Program-made: the position numbers and the translations under genes | From: Escherichia phage vB_EcoM_LNA2 | Reading direction: 5' to 3' (one strand) | DNA: 64,000 bases | Sequence record: MZ311865.1 | Part shown: positions 1 through 9,707 of the stretch, in pieces | Numbering within the stretch: the first letter of the stretch is position 1 | Layout of the letters: each line of letters opens with the position of its first letter | Notes under the pieces: model-generated | The model's database searches: none | Told to the model about the DNA's origin: nothing | The model's input: only the letters and a program-made list of their open reading frames with translations

Positions 1-2277
1 ACACTTACTACTAAATTAATGGGCCTTCGTAATGATGGCGCAATGGTATTACGTCGTTCGCTTGCTATTGGCACAATTACCACTGACGAAAATACTAATA
101 ACTATGGCTCTCCTACTCCAATGGGAGAAAGATATATTGCTTTGGGCGATGCTGCCACTGGTTTAAAATACATTAAGCAGGGTGTTTATGATTTAGTAGG
201 TAATTGGAATTCTGTTGCTTCTATTACTCCAGATAGTTTCCGTAGTACTCGTAAAGGTATATTTGGCCGTTCCGAGGACCAAGGTGGAACATGGATAATG
301 CCGGGAACCAATGCTGCTCTCTTGTCTGTTCAAACACAAGCTGATAATAACAATGCTGGAGACGGACAAACTCATATCGGGTACAACGCTGGCGGTAAAA
401 TGAACCACTATTTCCGCGGTACTGGTCAGATGAATATCAATACCCAACAAGGTATGAAAATTAACCCGGGTATTTTGAAACTGGTAACTGGCGGTGAAAG
501 TATTAGCTTTAATGCCGCAACTGGAAGTATTAATTCTACATTAGCTTTTCGTCTTAATAAAGGCATAATTATTGATGGACCTGATAATCAGGGATTCCAG
601 TTTAACGCCCCGACGGCTGCAGATGGTACTAGAAGTATATACTGGAACAGTGGTACTCGCGCAGGTCAAAACAAAATCCCTGTTACAGTTAAAGTGTGGG
701 GTAATTCATTTAACGCATCTGGCGATCGTTCTCGTGAAACGGTTTTTGAAGTAGCTGATGGGCAAGGTTACCATTTTTATTCTCAACGCGTAGCTCCTGC
801 TCCTGGTTCTACCGTCGGACCTATTCAATTTCGAGTTAATGGTGGTTTATTAACTTCAGGTAGTATTGTTACTTCTGGTTCTATTACAACTGAATCTTCT
901 TTAAGTGTTAATAATGGCATGTCAGTAAACGGACAAGCTAAATTCGGTGGAACAGCTGATGCATTAAGAATTTGGAATGCTGAATACGGCGCAATTTTCC
1001 GTCGTTCAGAAGCATCATTATATATTATCCCGACTCCTAAAGATGCTGGAGAATCAGGCGGTATAAGTAATCTTAGACCATTGATAATAGAACTGAACAC
1101 TGGCACAGTTAAAATGTCGCATGATGTTCATTTAGGAGATTCTGGATCTGGTACAGGATTATTACAAGTAAGTAATAGTCTTAAAACTATTAAAATGATA
1201 TGTCCAGTAACTATTACTGAACGTAATGCAGCGCTTACTCTAGATTCTCCTTCATCTTCTTCTGCTAATTATTTACAGGGTTCTAAAGCTGGAACTAGAA
1301 CGTGGTATGTTGGTCTTGGTGGCTCTGGAAATGATTTATCACTTTATAGTCAATCTTATGGACACGGTCTTGTTATAAGCGATAATTTCGTGGCAATCAG
1401 TAAACCTCTTAAAGTTGGAAATGCTCAATTCGGTACTGATGGTAACATTACTGGTGGTTCTGGTAATTTTGCTAACTTGAATACCACAATAAATAACCTT
1501 AAGACGGATATTGTGTCGAGTTACCCAATTGGTGCTCCGATTCCTTGGCCTACTGATACACCTCCTGAAGGTTATGCCATAATGGAAGGTCAAACATTTG
1601 ATGCTGGCTTGTATCCTAAGTTAGCTGCGGTGTATCCTTCCGGCACTCTGCCTGATATGCGTGGTCAAACTATCAAGGGTAAACCATCTGGGCGTGCTGT
1701 ATTAAGTACAGAAGCGGACGGCGTTAAGTCACATAGCCATAGTGCAAGTGCATCAAGCACAGATTTGGGTACTAAAACTACGTCAAGCTTTGATTATGGT
1801 ACTAAGACGACAAGTAGCTTCGACTATGGTACTAAGACCAGTAATACCACTGGTAACCATAACCATACCGTGAGTGGTAATACTGGTTCCGCTGGTGCGC
1901 ACCAACACGCGCGTTCAGGTCCTCAGGTACAAGGCGGCATACCCACTAGCGTATTCTATGATGGATACAATAGTGCTGGTCCAAACGGCAACGCTAAATT
2001 CACTGCAACCGTGAGCGGTGCTACTGCATCGTCGAATATGGCCAAAACTTCTTCAGACGGCGCCCACACCCATAGTTGGTCAGGAACTACTAGCGCTACT
2101 GGTAACCATGCTCATACTGTGGGTATTGGTGCTCATACCCATTCGGTAGGTATTGGTGCCCACTCTCATTCGGTAGCGATTGGTTCTCATGGCCATACTA
2201 TCACTGTAAATAGTACAGGTAATACAGAAAACACGGTTAAAAACGTTGCTTTTAACTATATCGTTCGTTTAGCATAA
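1..2277 (+). CDS. 37: Long tail fibre distal subunit gp37, C-terminal ~750 aa (5' end outside window)
   Basis: ORF open from nt 1; Gly/Ser/Thr-rich fibre sequence, C-terminal His-x-His boxes, ends ...NYIVRLA as I recall for T4 gp37; followed by gp38 and t. Confidence 0.9.
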   Translation, partial: TLTTKLMGLRNDGAMVLRRSLAIGTITTDENTNNYGSPTPMGERYIALGDAATGLKYIKQGVYDLVGNWNSVASITPDSFRSTRKGIFGRSEDQGGTWIMPGTNAALLSVQTQADNNNAGDGQTHIGYNAGGKMNHYFRGTGQMNINTQQGMKINPGILKLVTGGESISFNAATGSINSTLAFRLNKGIIIDGPDNQGFQFNAPTAADGTRSIYWNSGTRAGQNKIPVTVKVWGNSFNASGDRSRETVFEVADGQGYHFYSQRVAPAPGSTVGPIQFRVNGGLLTSGSIVTSGSITTESSLSVNNGMSVNGQAKFGGTADALRIWNAEYGAIFRRSEASLYIIPTPKDAGESGGISNLRPLIIELNTGTVKMSHDVHLGDSGSGTGLLQVSNSLKTIKMICPVTITERNAALTLDSPSSSSANYLQGSKAGTRTWYVGLGGSGNDLSLYSQSYGHGLVISDNFVAISKPLKVGNAQFGTDGNITGGSGNFANLNTTINNLKTDIVSSYPIGAPIPWPTDTPPEGYAIMEGQTFDAGLYPKLAAVYPSGTLPDMRGQTIKGKPSGRAVLSTEADGVKSHSHSASASSTDLGTKTTSSFDYGTKTTSSFDYGTKTSNTTGNHNHTVSGNTGSAGAHQHARSGPQVQGGIPTSVFYDGYNSAGPNGNAKFTATVSGATASSNMAKTSSDGAHTHSWSGTTSATGNHAHTVGIGAHTHSVGIGAHSHSVAIGSHGHTITVNSTGNTENTVKNVAFNYIVRLA
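1771..1842 (+). repeat. Tandem 30-bp in-frame repeat in gene 37 ([10 protein letters not shown] x2.4)
   Basis: [26 protein letters not shown] with synonymous differences between copies. Confidence 0.8.
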
Positions 2278-2283
2278 GGAGAA

Positions 2284-2302
2284 GGGACTTCGGTCCCTTT
2301 TT
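2284..2302 (+). terminator. GGGAC-UUCG-GUCCC hairpin plus U5 between gene 37 stop and gene 38 start
   Basis: Perfect 5-bp stem, UUCG tetraloop, T-run; sits between the AAGGAG SD and the gene 38 ATG. Confidence 0.55.
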
Positions 2303-2307
2303 ATAAC

Positions 2308-2859
2308 ATGAAACTCTATCATTATTATTTTGACACTAAAGAATTTTACAAAGAAGAAAATTATAAACCATTAAAAGGCGTAGGATTTCCGGCTCATTCG
2401 ACACCAAAAAAACCTTTAGACCCTAAAGAAGGCTATGCTGTTATATTTGATGAACGCGAACAAGAATGGGTATATGTTGAAGACCATCGCGGAAAAACAG
2501 TATGGACTTATGATAAGCAAAAAATTGTTATTGACACCCCAGGTGCTCTTCAAAATGTTACTACAGAAGAACCTGGTGAATTTGACATTTGGACCGGTGA
2601 CGGGTGGAAGGAAGATGAAGCATATAAACGCGTAGTTCAACGTGATAAGAAAATTCATGAACTCTATAAATTATTCAGTGTTTTAAGTTCTCTTATTGAC
2701 GCAGAGGTTGCTAATAGAGAAGAAAAACGAAAATTTAAAGAGCTCAAAAAATTCTTTGCTCTTTTAGAAAAACATGAACATCTTGGCGGCGAATTCCCTA
2801 AATTCCCTGACCTTGAAAACAAATCTATTATCAAAGCGATTATAAATATCTTTAAGTAA
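2308..2859 (+). CDS. 38: Tail fibre assembly chaperone gp38 (T4 type)
   Basis: 183 aa, MKLYHYYFDTKEFYKEENYKP... very close to recalled T4 gp38; position after 37. Confidence 0.9.
   Translation: MKLYHYYFDTKEFYKEENYKPLKGVGFPAHSTPKKPLDPKEGYAVIFDEREQEWVYVEDHRGKTVWTYDKQKIVIDTPGALQNVTTEEPGEFDIWTGDGWKEDEAYKRVVQRDKKIHELYKLFSVLSSLIDAEVANREEKRKFKELKKFFALLEKHEHLGGEFPKFPDLENKSIIKAIINIFK
2841..2848 (+). promoter_or_regulatory. T4-type late promoter TATAAATA upstream of holin t
   Basis: Exact TATAAATA about 20 nt upstream of the t start, inside the 3' end of gene 38. Confidence 0.55.
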
Positions 2860-2868
2860 GGAGGTATT

Positions 2869-3528
2869 ATGGCAACACCAAAAGTGTCATTTTCGCCTAG
2901 TGATATTCTATTTGGGTTGCTAGATCGTATTTTCAAAGATAACGCTACTGGAAAGGTTTTAATGTCCCGAGTAGCGGTAATTATTCTTTTGTTCCTAATG
3001 GCACTAATATGGTACAAAGGAAGTATTTTGCTGGATTATTATGTAAGAGCTAAGTATGATACTTATACTGAAATAATCCAAAAAGAACGAGCTTTACGTT
3101 TTGAATCTGCGGCTCTAGAACAACTGCAAATAGTTCATATCTCATCTGGTGCAGATTTTAGTGCTGTGTATTCTTTCAGACCTAAAAACTTAAATTATTT
3201 TGTCGACCTTATAGCTTATGAAGGCAAACTACCTAGCACAATTTCTGAAAAGTCCCTTGGTGGATTCCCGGTGGATAAAACGGCCAATGAATATATAATT
3301 CATTTAAGTGGCCGTCATTTCTCGTCTAAATCAGAATTTGCATTTTTGCCTACAAAATCTAAGACTGCCGAACTTTCTTATATGTATAGTTGTCCATACT
3401 TTAATTTGGATAACATCTATGCTGGAACTGTGACGATGTATTGGTATAAGGGGAATAATATACTTGAGGAAGATCGCTTAGCGGCTATATGCAACCAAGC
3501 GGTCCGAATACTAGGAAGGGCTAAATAA
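2869..3528 (+). CDS. t: Holin T
   Basis: 219 aa, N-terminal TM segment, close to recalled T4 holin; SD GGAGG upstream. Confidence 0.9.
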   Translation: MATPKVSFSPSDILFGLLDRIFKDNATGKVLMSRVAVIILLFLMALIWYKGSILLDYYVRAKYDTYTEIIQKERALRFESAALEQLQIVHISSGADFSAVYSFRPKNLNYFVDLIAYEGKLPSTISEKSLGGFPVDKTANEYIIHLSGRHFSSKSEFAFLPTKSKTAELSYMYSCPYFNLDNIYAGTVTMYWYKGNNILEEDRLAAICNQAVRILGRAK

Positions 3529-3801
3529 TTAGTTGTTAGAATACATCGCTAAATGACGATAAATATTTTCAAAACCTTCATTGAATTCACTAATCAGTGT
3601 TTTCTTTTCTTCGGCAGTTAAATTTGTAATTAGTTTTCTGAACGAATTCTGATTTAGCTGCCGACCATCTTTTTTAATTCCAATCTCATTCAAGAATCCG
3701 ATGAAACTTGCTCGGTCTTCAACAATATCTTCCCTAGAGAATTTAATCAAAATAGAAGCAATAGTAATAATTTCACGTACGATTTCAATGTCTTTATTCA
3801 T
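3529..3801 (-). CDS. asiA: Anti-sigma70 AsiA
   Basis: 90 aa MNKDIEIVREIITIASILIKFSREDIVE... matches recalled T4 AsiA; convergent with t. Confidence 0.9.
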   Translation of the reverse strand: MNKDIEIVREIITIASILIKFSREDIVEDRASFIGFLNEIGIKKDGRQLNQNSFRKLITNLTAEEKKTLISEFNEGFENIYRHLAMYSNN

Positions 3802-3835
3802 AACGTTTTATTCATTCCACTTAATTGATAGGAGT

Positions 3836-3865
3836 ATAGTACCATTATCAGTGTTGATTGTAAAC
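3836..3865 (-). promoter_or_regulatory. Early promoter (GTTTAC-18-TACTAT) upstream of asiA
   Basis: Minus-strand sigma70-like T4 early promoter. Confidence 0.5.
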
Positions 3866-4009
3866 GGCTTTTTCTACGCTTTTAACGTAATCGGTATAGT
3901 CTTCCTGTTCGTACGAGTGTAAGACCAAGAATTGAACTAATAGTTCATTATAGACTAAAGCCTCACGCTCACGTTCGGCCTCTACTACGTTCTGAAGATT
4001 ATGACTCAT
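3848..4009 (-). CDS. Hypothetical early protein (53 aa from internal ATG with SD)
   Basis: ORF track 3848..4063; ATG at 4009 preceded by AAGGA; asiA-motA interval (T4 arn region). Confidence 0.35.
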   Translation of the reverse strand: MSHNLQNVVEAEREREALVYNELLVQFLVLHSYEQEDYTDYVKSVEKAVYNQH

Positions 4010-4298
4010 ATTGTTCCTTATAACTATCAATGTAGTCCTGTATGTCAAAGAATGACATTTCATATTCTAGGACATTAAGAGCCCGTTCTTCAGTATAGTC
4101 AGAACCAAAGACGATAGTGATTTCACCAGGATTCATGTGATTGAAATCGACACTAAAAGGAATACGAGAACAGACTTCATCTTCCATATCTACGATAACA
4201 CTACGACACACTTCTCGGTTAACCTGATAAAGCTCTGCAAGTTCTTCACAATGAATAACAAGTTCAGTGGCAGGATTTTCTTTGATTTTAGTAAGCAT
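3999..4298 (-). CDS. Hypothetical acidic early protein
   Basis: ORF track 3999..4385; likely start ATG 4298 with AGGG-type SD. Confidence 0.4.
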   Translation of the reverse strand: MLTKIKENPATELVIHCEELAELYQVNREVCRSVIVDMEDEVCSRIPFSVDFNHMNPGEITIVFGSDYTEERALNVLEYEMSFFDIQDYIDSYKEQYES

Positions 4299-4381
4299 AG
4301 TCTTTACCCTTATGTTTTTGTTTACGTTTAGATTGAAGTTCTGATTTCTTTTTGTCCTTATGGACGGAAGCCTTATTGAAA

Positions 4382-4600
4382 TCATGTTTTGCTACAAGAT
4401 TGTTCATAATGATTTATAACCTCGTTTAAACATTTGTCTGTGAAAGAAAACTTTTTAGCCACAGAACATTCTATAATGTGCTCTTTCAAATCTTTAGAGT
4501 CAGTATATCCCATCTCAGTAATAAAGTGACGAATTAAAGCTTTATTCTTATCATTAACAGAATTAAAATAATCTGCTTTAGAATCAATTATTCTCATCAT
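4382..4600 (-). CDS. Hypothetical protein, 72 aa
   Basis: ORF track; ATG-ATG start with AAGGA SD. Confidence 0.4.
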   Translation of the reverse strand: MMRIIDSKADYFNSVNDKNKALIRHFITEMGYTDSKDLKEHIIECSVAKKFSFTDKCLNEVINHYEQSCSKT

Positions 4601-4865
4601 CTAATTTCCTTAATTGATATTGCAATGAGCTAATAATTTCTTCGTTCATTTTAATATACATGTCGCGCAAGAAAGGTTTTAACCCATCACGAATAATTGC
4701 TAACGTATCACCTTTACATAAATTAACCAAATAAGGATGGTCTAAAGCCTCCCAACCAGGCTGATTAGCATACATACCATAATTTTCTTCCATCATAGCA
4801 TTCAGGCGTTTGATATGATTAATGTGGGCTTCAATAGCATCAATCTGGAGTTGTTTAAGATTCAT
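4584..4865 (-). CDS. Hypothetical protein, 93 aa
   Basis: ORF track; start overlaps stop of upstream gene (coupled). Confidence 0.45.
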   Translation of the reverse strand: MNLKQLQIDAIEAHINHIKRLNAMMEENYGMYANQPGWEALDHPYLVNLCKGDTLAIIRDGLKPFLRDMYIKMNEEIISSLQYQLRKLDDENN

Positions 4866-5326
4866 TAGTAAAGGTCCTCAGAGTAAAGTTCTTTTTCATT
4901 ACCACCACGTTCAATACGTACTTGTCCAGCGTAAGTTGCAATAATCATTGCTTCTTCACGTGTCCAATAATTACTATATTGGTCAATAAACCCTTGGTCA
5001 TCATCACAAACTTGTTGAGTAACTAATTGAGGTTTAACTACATCTAAAACTTCTGCCATATCTTTAGAATAATGACGAGCACCTGGAATAATAAGAGTTC
5101 GTCCATCTTTTAATTTAAAACGGTTGGCTGCACAGACAATTCGTCGTTGATACTTTTGGTTTTCATCCCAATACAAAGTCTGCCAACAGATTTCAGGAAC
5201 TTCATCTAAAACATTTTGTTCTGTATATTCACCACCGTAAGAAGCTAATTTAGCAGCCAAACTTTCCGGAGTCTCACGAGATAAAGCTTTATCTAACAGA
5301 GCTAAACGTTCTTTAAAAGTTTTCAT
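4865..5326 (-). CDS. Hypothetical protein, 153 aa
   Basis: ORF track; ATGA overlap with upstream ORF. Confidence 0.5.
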   Translation of the reverse strand: MKTFKERLALLDKALSRETPESLAAKLASYGGEYTEQNVLDEVPEICWQTLYWDENQKYQRRIVCAANRFKLKDGRTLIIPGARHYSKDMAEVLDVVKPQLVTQQVCDDDQGFIDQYSNYWTREEAMIIATYAGQVRIERGGNEKELYSEDLY

Positions 5327-5652
5327 TTAAACCATCCTTTAATACGTTGCCACAAAGTTTTCTGCTGAGCTTTGTTAACACCAATCGAACGAATAACCGG
5401 TTGTGACTGCTGATATTCTTTATAATCTTCTTTATAGATTTCGTAAGCTGCATCAACAAATGAACTGATCGCTGCCATGTAGTTTTTACGAAGGCCAAAT
5501 GGCGCGTCATTATTTTCACGAATAACCGTATATTGGCCTGCTTTAATCTTTACAATTGTCCCTAAATAAGCCCCGTGGTACCAAATATCCCATCCTTCCT
5601 GAGTAGGTTCTGCACATTTACGAAGTTCGTTAATAATATTCAGCTTATTCAT
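5323..5652 (-). CDS. Hypothetical protein, ~109 aa
   Basis: ORF track 5323..5673; ATG at 5652 has GAGGAA SD. Confidence 0.5.
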   Translation of the reverse strand: MNKLNIINELRKCAEPTQEGWDIWYHGAYLGTIVKIKAGQYTVIRENNDAPFGLRKNYMAAISSFVDAAYEIYKEDYKEYQQSQPVIRSIGVNKAQQKTLWQRIKGWFK

Positions 5653-5662
5653 TATGTATTCC

Positions 5663-6295
5663 TCACAGTACATTAGTTACAAGGGTAATGATTTCTTTGG
5701 ACACATTAGGGAAGTCAATGTAAGTATATTTACCACCGATCTTAATCTTAACATCATTTTCAAGAGAAGTAAACAGCTTTGATTCAGTTTCTGACATGTT
5801 GTATGCAAAGATTCTAAGAGCGCCATCTCGACGAATTTCAATTTGGCGAATGCCTAGAACTCGTTTAGCGAATCGAACTTCTAAGTTACTACGGTTTTCA
5901 CCAATTTCTTTAACTTCAACTTTATCTTTAATATTTTCAAAAACAAAGTTTGCTAATTCATGCATTTCAGGAGTAACTCCACGTGCTTTTCTAGTGTTAC
6001 GTTTCTGAAGAAGTTCTGGAGCATTTTCTTTGGCAAAGAGGTCTGCAGCTTTTTGGATAATATCCATTGCTTCGCCTGTTGCTACAAGTCCATCACCGGA
6101 TTTTTCGACTAAACCTTTCTTAATCAATACACCAATGTTAGAGTTAACAACTGATGCATTGTATTCCGCTTCCAGAGCTTCACGGACATTGGCAGCAGTG
6201 GTGAAGTTGTTCTTAATGATATAAACCATTATTGCAGCAGTTTTTTCATTCAGAGCGTTTTCAGAAGCTTTGATGATGTAAGTAACTTTAGACAT
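5663..6295 (-). CDS. motA: Middle-transcription activator MotA
   Basis: 210 aa, MSKVTYIIKAS...GVLIKKGLVEKSGDGL... matches recalled T4 MotA; early promoter upstream. Confidence 0.85.
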   Translation of the reverse strand: MSKVTYIIKASENALNEKTAAIMVYIIKNNFTTAANVREALEAEYNASVVNSNIGVLIKKGLVEKSGDGLVATGEAMDIIQKAADLFAKENAPELLQKRNTRKARGVTPEMHELANFVFENIKDKVEVKEIGENRSNLEVRFAKRVLGIRQIEIRRDGALRIFAYNMSETESKLFTSLENDVKIKIGGKYTYIDFPNVSKEIITLVTNVL

Positions 6296-6352
6296 TTTAT
6301 TTCTCCAAATTAGTATTTGTTTTGATAGGTCTATAATATCATGTTTGAAGCA
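6286..6352 (-). repeat. Direct repeat copy 1 (motA promoter/leader/start)
   Basis: About 65 bp near-identical to 6606-6673. Confidence 0.8.
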
Positions 6353-6361
6353 AAAGTAAAC
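6333..6361 (-). promoter_or_regulatory. Early promoter (GTTTAC-17-TATTAT) upstream of motA
   Basis: Part of duplicated ~65-bp leader. Confidence 0.6.
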
Positions 6362-6399
6362 TTTATTTTGGGCTCTTTTTCCAAAAGCCCTGGTAAAAT

Positions 6400-6615
6400 T
6401 TACAAACTCATTTCTTTAATAAGGCCAATAAGTTTTGCCTTTTTAGAACGAAGCTTTTCTAAACGATGTCCATTTGAACCGCGAACCACTAAAGAATTGA
6501 TTTCAACTTCTAAGAAATTTAATTCTTCAACAAGTGCTTTACGGGGAGCATTCATACCAGGTTTAACTTTACCAAAACGAGTAGTTGTGTTTTGGGTTAA
6601 TTTCATTTTAGACAT
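6400..6615 (-). CDS. Hypothetical basic protein, 71 aa
   Basis: ORF track; own promoter and leader duplicated from motA (starts MSK like motA). Confidence 0.5.
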   Translation of the reverse strand: MSKMKLTQNTTTRFGKVKPGMNAPRKALVEELNFLEVEINSLVVRGSNGHRLEKLRSKKAKLIGLIKEMSL

Positions 6616-6673
6616 TTTATTTCTCCAATTTGGTTGTTTTGTTTTGATAGGTCTATAATATCATGTTTGAAGC
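6606..6673 (-). repeat. Direct repeat copy 2 (motA promoter/leader/start duplicated)
   Basis: About 65 bp near-identical to 6286-6352 with small indels. Confidence 0.8.
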
Positions 6674-6683
6674 ACATGTAAAC
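6655..6683 (-). promoter_or_regulatory. Early promoter (GTTTAC-17-TATTAT), duplicate of motA promoter
   Basis: Drives ORF 6400..6615. Confidence 0.6.
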
Positions 6684-6708
6684 TGTTTTGTGAGAAAAAT
6701 GCACAAAA

Positions 6709-6724
6709 GGGAGCCGAAGCTCCC
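6709..6724 (-). terminator. Intrinsic terminator after gene 52
   Basis: GGGAGC-UUCG-GCUCCC followed by U-rich tract on the transcript. Confidence 0.6.
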
Positions 6725-6800
6725 TAATCATGTTTGTCCAACCAATACAGCCAAATCACTAGTGCAGCTATTGCACCGAGAAATCCTAAGGCTAGGGCAC

Positions 6801-8126
6801 TCAAAGTGCCTCCAAGTCTTTAGTGTACTCTGTCACAACATCGGTAGACTTCCAATACTCATTTTCTTCTTTCTTAGCTTTAGCTTCTTCGGCTAGTTTA
6901 CGTGCTTCATCGGAAGTGATATGGAAGATGTTAAGACCTACCAGTTTATCGACATGTTCTTTATACATTTCTATTTGTGCTAGCTCTTCAGTCAAAGCTT
7001 TACGAGTCTTGCCCTGAATCACAATTTCACCGTTGATAACTTTTTTGATGAAGTGTGCCTTAGCAAAAGCCAGTTTAAATGCTTTTTCAGATTCAAGGAT
7101 TTTGTTGTCAATACGTTTCTGAACGTAAGTCTTACGGACTTCAACAAAATCTTTGATTAAGTCCACTACGTTATCGTAGACAGCTAATTTACCCTTTTCA
7201 TTAATCACTGTGATGTTTTGTGAACGACGTTCGATGAGACTAAAATCTTTCATGATTTTTTCATGACGTAGCTCTTCATCATCAGGAAGCGAGTACTCTT
7301 TACGGAACTTCACCTTAAACCCAAAGCCGTGTTCACCACAATCATCTTCCCATGAGATTAGACCTTTGTCTTCCAACGGGTCAAGAACCTTACTCACATA
7401 CGTTTCACGGTCGAATTTATATGGGATTTCAGTTATCTGCATTTGAGTGCGAGATGTGAACTTATACGTTCCGTGAATCTCATAACGCCCATCAACTTCA
7501 TGTACTTCACCACGGAATTCCGGGAATTCAACTTTTGGCTTAGTGACATTTTTACCTTGAAGAGCTTGTAATACAGCCTTTTTTACCGATTTAAAACTAT
7601 GAGGCAGAATATTTGTTGCGTAACCGGTTGCAATACCAGAGACGCCATTCAAAAGAACTGTCGGAATAATAGGAAGATAGAATTTTGGTGGAATGTGTTC
7701 TTTATCTTCATGAGCTGGAGCATATTCAGTATCTTTATATACGTTATAGAAATTTTTACTTACACGAGCAAAAATATAACGAGATGCTGCAGCTTTTTGG
7801 ACTGTTCTAGAACCAAAGTTGCCTTGGCCATCTAACAGTGGATAGTTGTTGTTCCATGTGTTAGCCATCAATGCACCTGCATCTTGTGCAGAAGATTCAC
7901 CATGGTGATAACCTAAATCTGCAACACCGCCTGCAATTGACGCAAGTTTATGAAATTTTTCTTTATTACCACGAGCCAAATCTAACGCACGATGGACCAC
8001 AAAACGTTGAACCGGCTTAAATCCATCAATCATGTTTGGGATTGCACGGTTTTCAACGGTGTACATCGCATATGCTAAGGCTTCGTTATCAATAATACTT
8101 TTTAGATTACGAGAATTCAATTGCAT
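6801..8126 (-). CDS. 52: DNA topoisomerase II medium subunit gp52
   Basis: 441 aa, MQLNSRNLKSIIDNEALAYAMYTVENRAIPNMIDGFKPVQRF... GyrA-like; T4 synteny. Confidence 0.9.
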   Translation of the reverse strand: MQLNSRNLKSIIDNEALAYAMYTVENRAIPNMIDGFKPVQRFVVHRALDLARGNKEKFHKLASIAGGVADLGYHHGESSAQDAGALMANTWNNNYPLLDGQGNFGSRTVQKAAASRYIFARVSKNFYNVYKDTEYAPAHEDKEHIPPKFYLPIIPTVLLNGVSGIATGYATNILPHSFKSVKKAVLQALQGKNVTKPKVEFPEFRGEVHEVDGRYEIHGTYKFTSRTQMQITEIPYKFDRETYVSKVLDPLEDKGLISWEDDCGEHGFGFKVKFRKEYSLPDDEELRHEKIMKDFSLIERRSQNITVINEKGKLAVYDNVVDLIKDFVEVRKTYVQKRIDNKILESEKAFKLAFAKAHFIKKVINGEIVIQGKTRKALTEELAQIEMYKEHVDKLVGLNIFHITSDEARKLAEEAKAKKEENEYWKSTDVVTEYTKDLEAL

Positions 8127-8130
8127 ATTT

Positions 8131-8271
8131 TCACCATATTAATGAACGAATATCCATTATAACATCTGAAATGAAAAGCACTACTTGGATTAGTCCAAAC
8201 ATCACACCGTAGTACAGAACCGTAAGCAACAACAAGAGCCCGAAGGCTCCTGCTAAAATTTTCTTAATCAT
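8131..8271 (-). CDS. Small hydrophobic protein, 46 aa (not in ORF track)
   Basis: Hand translation MIKKILAGAFGLLLLLTVLYYGVMFGLIQVVLFISDVIMDIRSLIW; start overlaps upstream stop (TAATG); position of T4 ac/52.1-type small genes. Confidence 0.4.
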   Translation of the reverse strand: MIKKILAGAFGLLLLLTVLYYGVMFGLIQVVLFISDVIMDIRSLIW

Positions 8272-8417
8272 TACTCGCCTTTTAACACGTTAAGAAGAGC
8301 TAAGACCGCTAAGGTACCTTGTGATACGGCCTGTTGAAATACTGTTGTTTCGCCTGTAACTAAAGTGCTAACGAATAAAAATGTCCAACACAGCAATGCA
8401 ATAATCCATGCTATCAT
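8271..8417 (-). CDS. Small hydrophobic protein, 48 aa (not in ORF track)
   Basis: Hand translation MIAWIIALLCWTFLFVSTLVTGETTVFQQAVSQGTLAVLALLNVLKGE. Confidence 0.4.
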   Translation of the reverse strand: MIAWIIALLCWTFLFVSTLVTGETTVFQQAVSQGTLAVLALLNVLKGE

Positions 8418-8469
8418 TTTAATTACCTCAAAAATAAATTAAAGGCCCAACTTAATAGGCCTGTATAAA

Positions 8470-8916
8470 TTAGTAACTCTGCAGAATGAATTTGAAATTA
8501 TCTGCCAGAAGACGGTTCATTTCAGTGAGTGTTTGATATTCTGATGTATGGTTGCGAGTGAATGCCAGAGCCAATTGACCTTTACCATAACCAGTGGTCA
8601 GTGGTTTCATGTTCTTAGCTGCAACAAAGATTACATCATATTCAATATTGTTAGTGCCCATGGTACGGGCTAGTTGTGAACGGCCTTGACGAATGTGAGA
8701 AAGAATTGCATCCAACCCTTGTTTAGAACGTTGACGTCCTACAAAGAATCGTGCTGCTACTTGTCGCCAATCAGATGAACCTTTAACGAAGAAGTAAAAA
8801 CCTTCACGAGAACGAAACTCTTTAGAAACTTCAGAACCGTATTCGCCATTACGAACTACTGCAACAACTTCACCGCCAACTGCCAGAAGGTCTTTACGAG
8901 TTAAATATTTGGACAT
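8470..8916 (-). CDS. ndd: Nucleoid disruption protein Ndd-like
   Basis: 148 aa; position between 52 and rIIB; C-terminal ...[30 protein letters not shown] resembles my recollection of T4 Ndd. Confidence 0.55.
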   Translation of the reverse strand: MSKYLTRKDLLAVGGEVVAVVRNGEYGSEVSKEFRSREGFYFFVKGSSDWRQVAARFFVGRQRSKQGLDAILSHIRQGRSQLARTMGTNNIEYDVIFVAAKNMKPLTTGYGKGQLALAFTRNHTSEYQTLTEMNRLLADNFKFILQSY

Positions 8917-8960
8917 GCTAATTTCCTCAATTGATTAATGTTTTTGTAATCCATGAGAGC

Positions 8961-8990
8961 ATTATACTCTGCTCTCAAGAGTTTGTACAA
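8961..8990 (-). promoter_or_regulatory. Early promoter (TTGTAC-18-TATAAT) upstream of ndd-like gene
   Basis: 34-bp core identical to the copy at 53686-53719. Confidence 0.5.
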
Positions 8991-8992
8991 TT

Positions 8993-9193
8993 TTATTCGG
9001 CTATATCAGAACGTTCAAAAAGCTCTTCAACAGTTAAACATTCAGTGTCATCTTCAATAAAGAATCGAGTCCAACACGTTGGGGCGATACAGTTATGAGT
9101 TTGTCCGGCTATAGAAGCTACACGAATAAGCTGCTGGCCATTGTTCAGGACAAATTTTTCACCAATTTCAACATCTTTAAAAAGCTTAGCCAT
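8993..9193 (-). CDS. Hypothetical protein, 66 aa
   Basis: ORF track; GAGGAA SD; own early promoter. Confidence 0.45.
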   Translation of the reverse strand: MAKLFKDVEIGEKFVLNNGQQLIRVASIAGQTHNCIAPTCWTRFFIEDDTECLTVEELFERSDIAE

Positions 9194-9221
9194 TTTGTGT
9201 TCCTCATGTTTCAGTAGGACT

Positions 9222-9251
9222 ACTATACCATAATCCTACCTTGTTGTAAAC
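9222..9251 (-). promoter_or_regulatory. Early promoter (GTTTAC-18-TATAGT)
   Basis: Upstream of ORF 8993..9193. Confidence 0.55.
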
Positions 9252-9443
9252 AATTAAATTACATTAAAATATGTTAAAGCCAACCATGTTCCAGTGAACG
9301 AACATGCAATGTAAAAACCCGTATCACAAATTGTTCTTAGTACAATAAGAAGTGCAATTTTCATAAGTACCTCAACACAATTGAAAATATTATACAAATC
9401 ATTGGGATACTAAGCAACCATATTCCTATCCACATTTTAGAGC

Positions 9444-9707
9444 TCATATCTCAACTTCCGCGAGTTCCATATATCCTTTGTTGATAACCTCTTTAAGGTC
9501 TTTAGAAAGAATAACACTAAAATGGTCGTTCATATGTCCATTAACTAAACGAGTTATTTCTGCTTCAGATGACATATAAGGCACGTCTGAGTCCCAATGA
9601 GATAGACCCAAATGGGTATAAATCATCCCTTCGTCATCTGCAGTGTTGTACATTGAAACAAATTCGCCTGTTACTTTATGTTTTGCGTAGAAAAATTTAA
9701 ATTTCAT
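9444..9707 (-). CDS. Hypothetical protein, 87 aa
   Basis: ORF track; GAGGA SD; own early promoter. Confidence 0.5.
   Translation of the reverse strand: MKFKFFYAKHKVTGEFVSMYNTADDEGMIYTHLGLSHWDSDVPYMSSEAEITRLVNGHMNDHFSVILSKDLKEVINKGYMELAEVEI

Noticed and set aside
8236-8249. GAGCC-CGAA-GGCTC hairpin resembling the UUCG terminator family
   Set aside because: Lies inside the coding sequence of the 46-aa small ORF with no U-tract; probably coincidental
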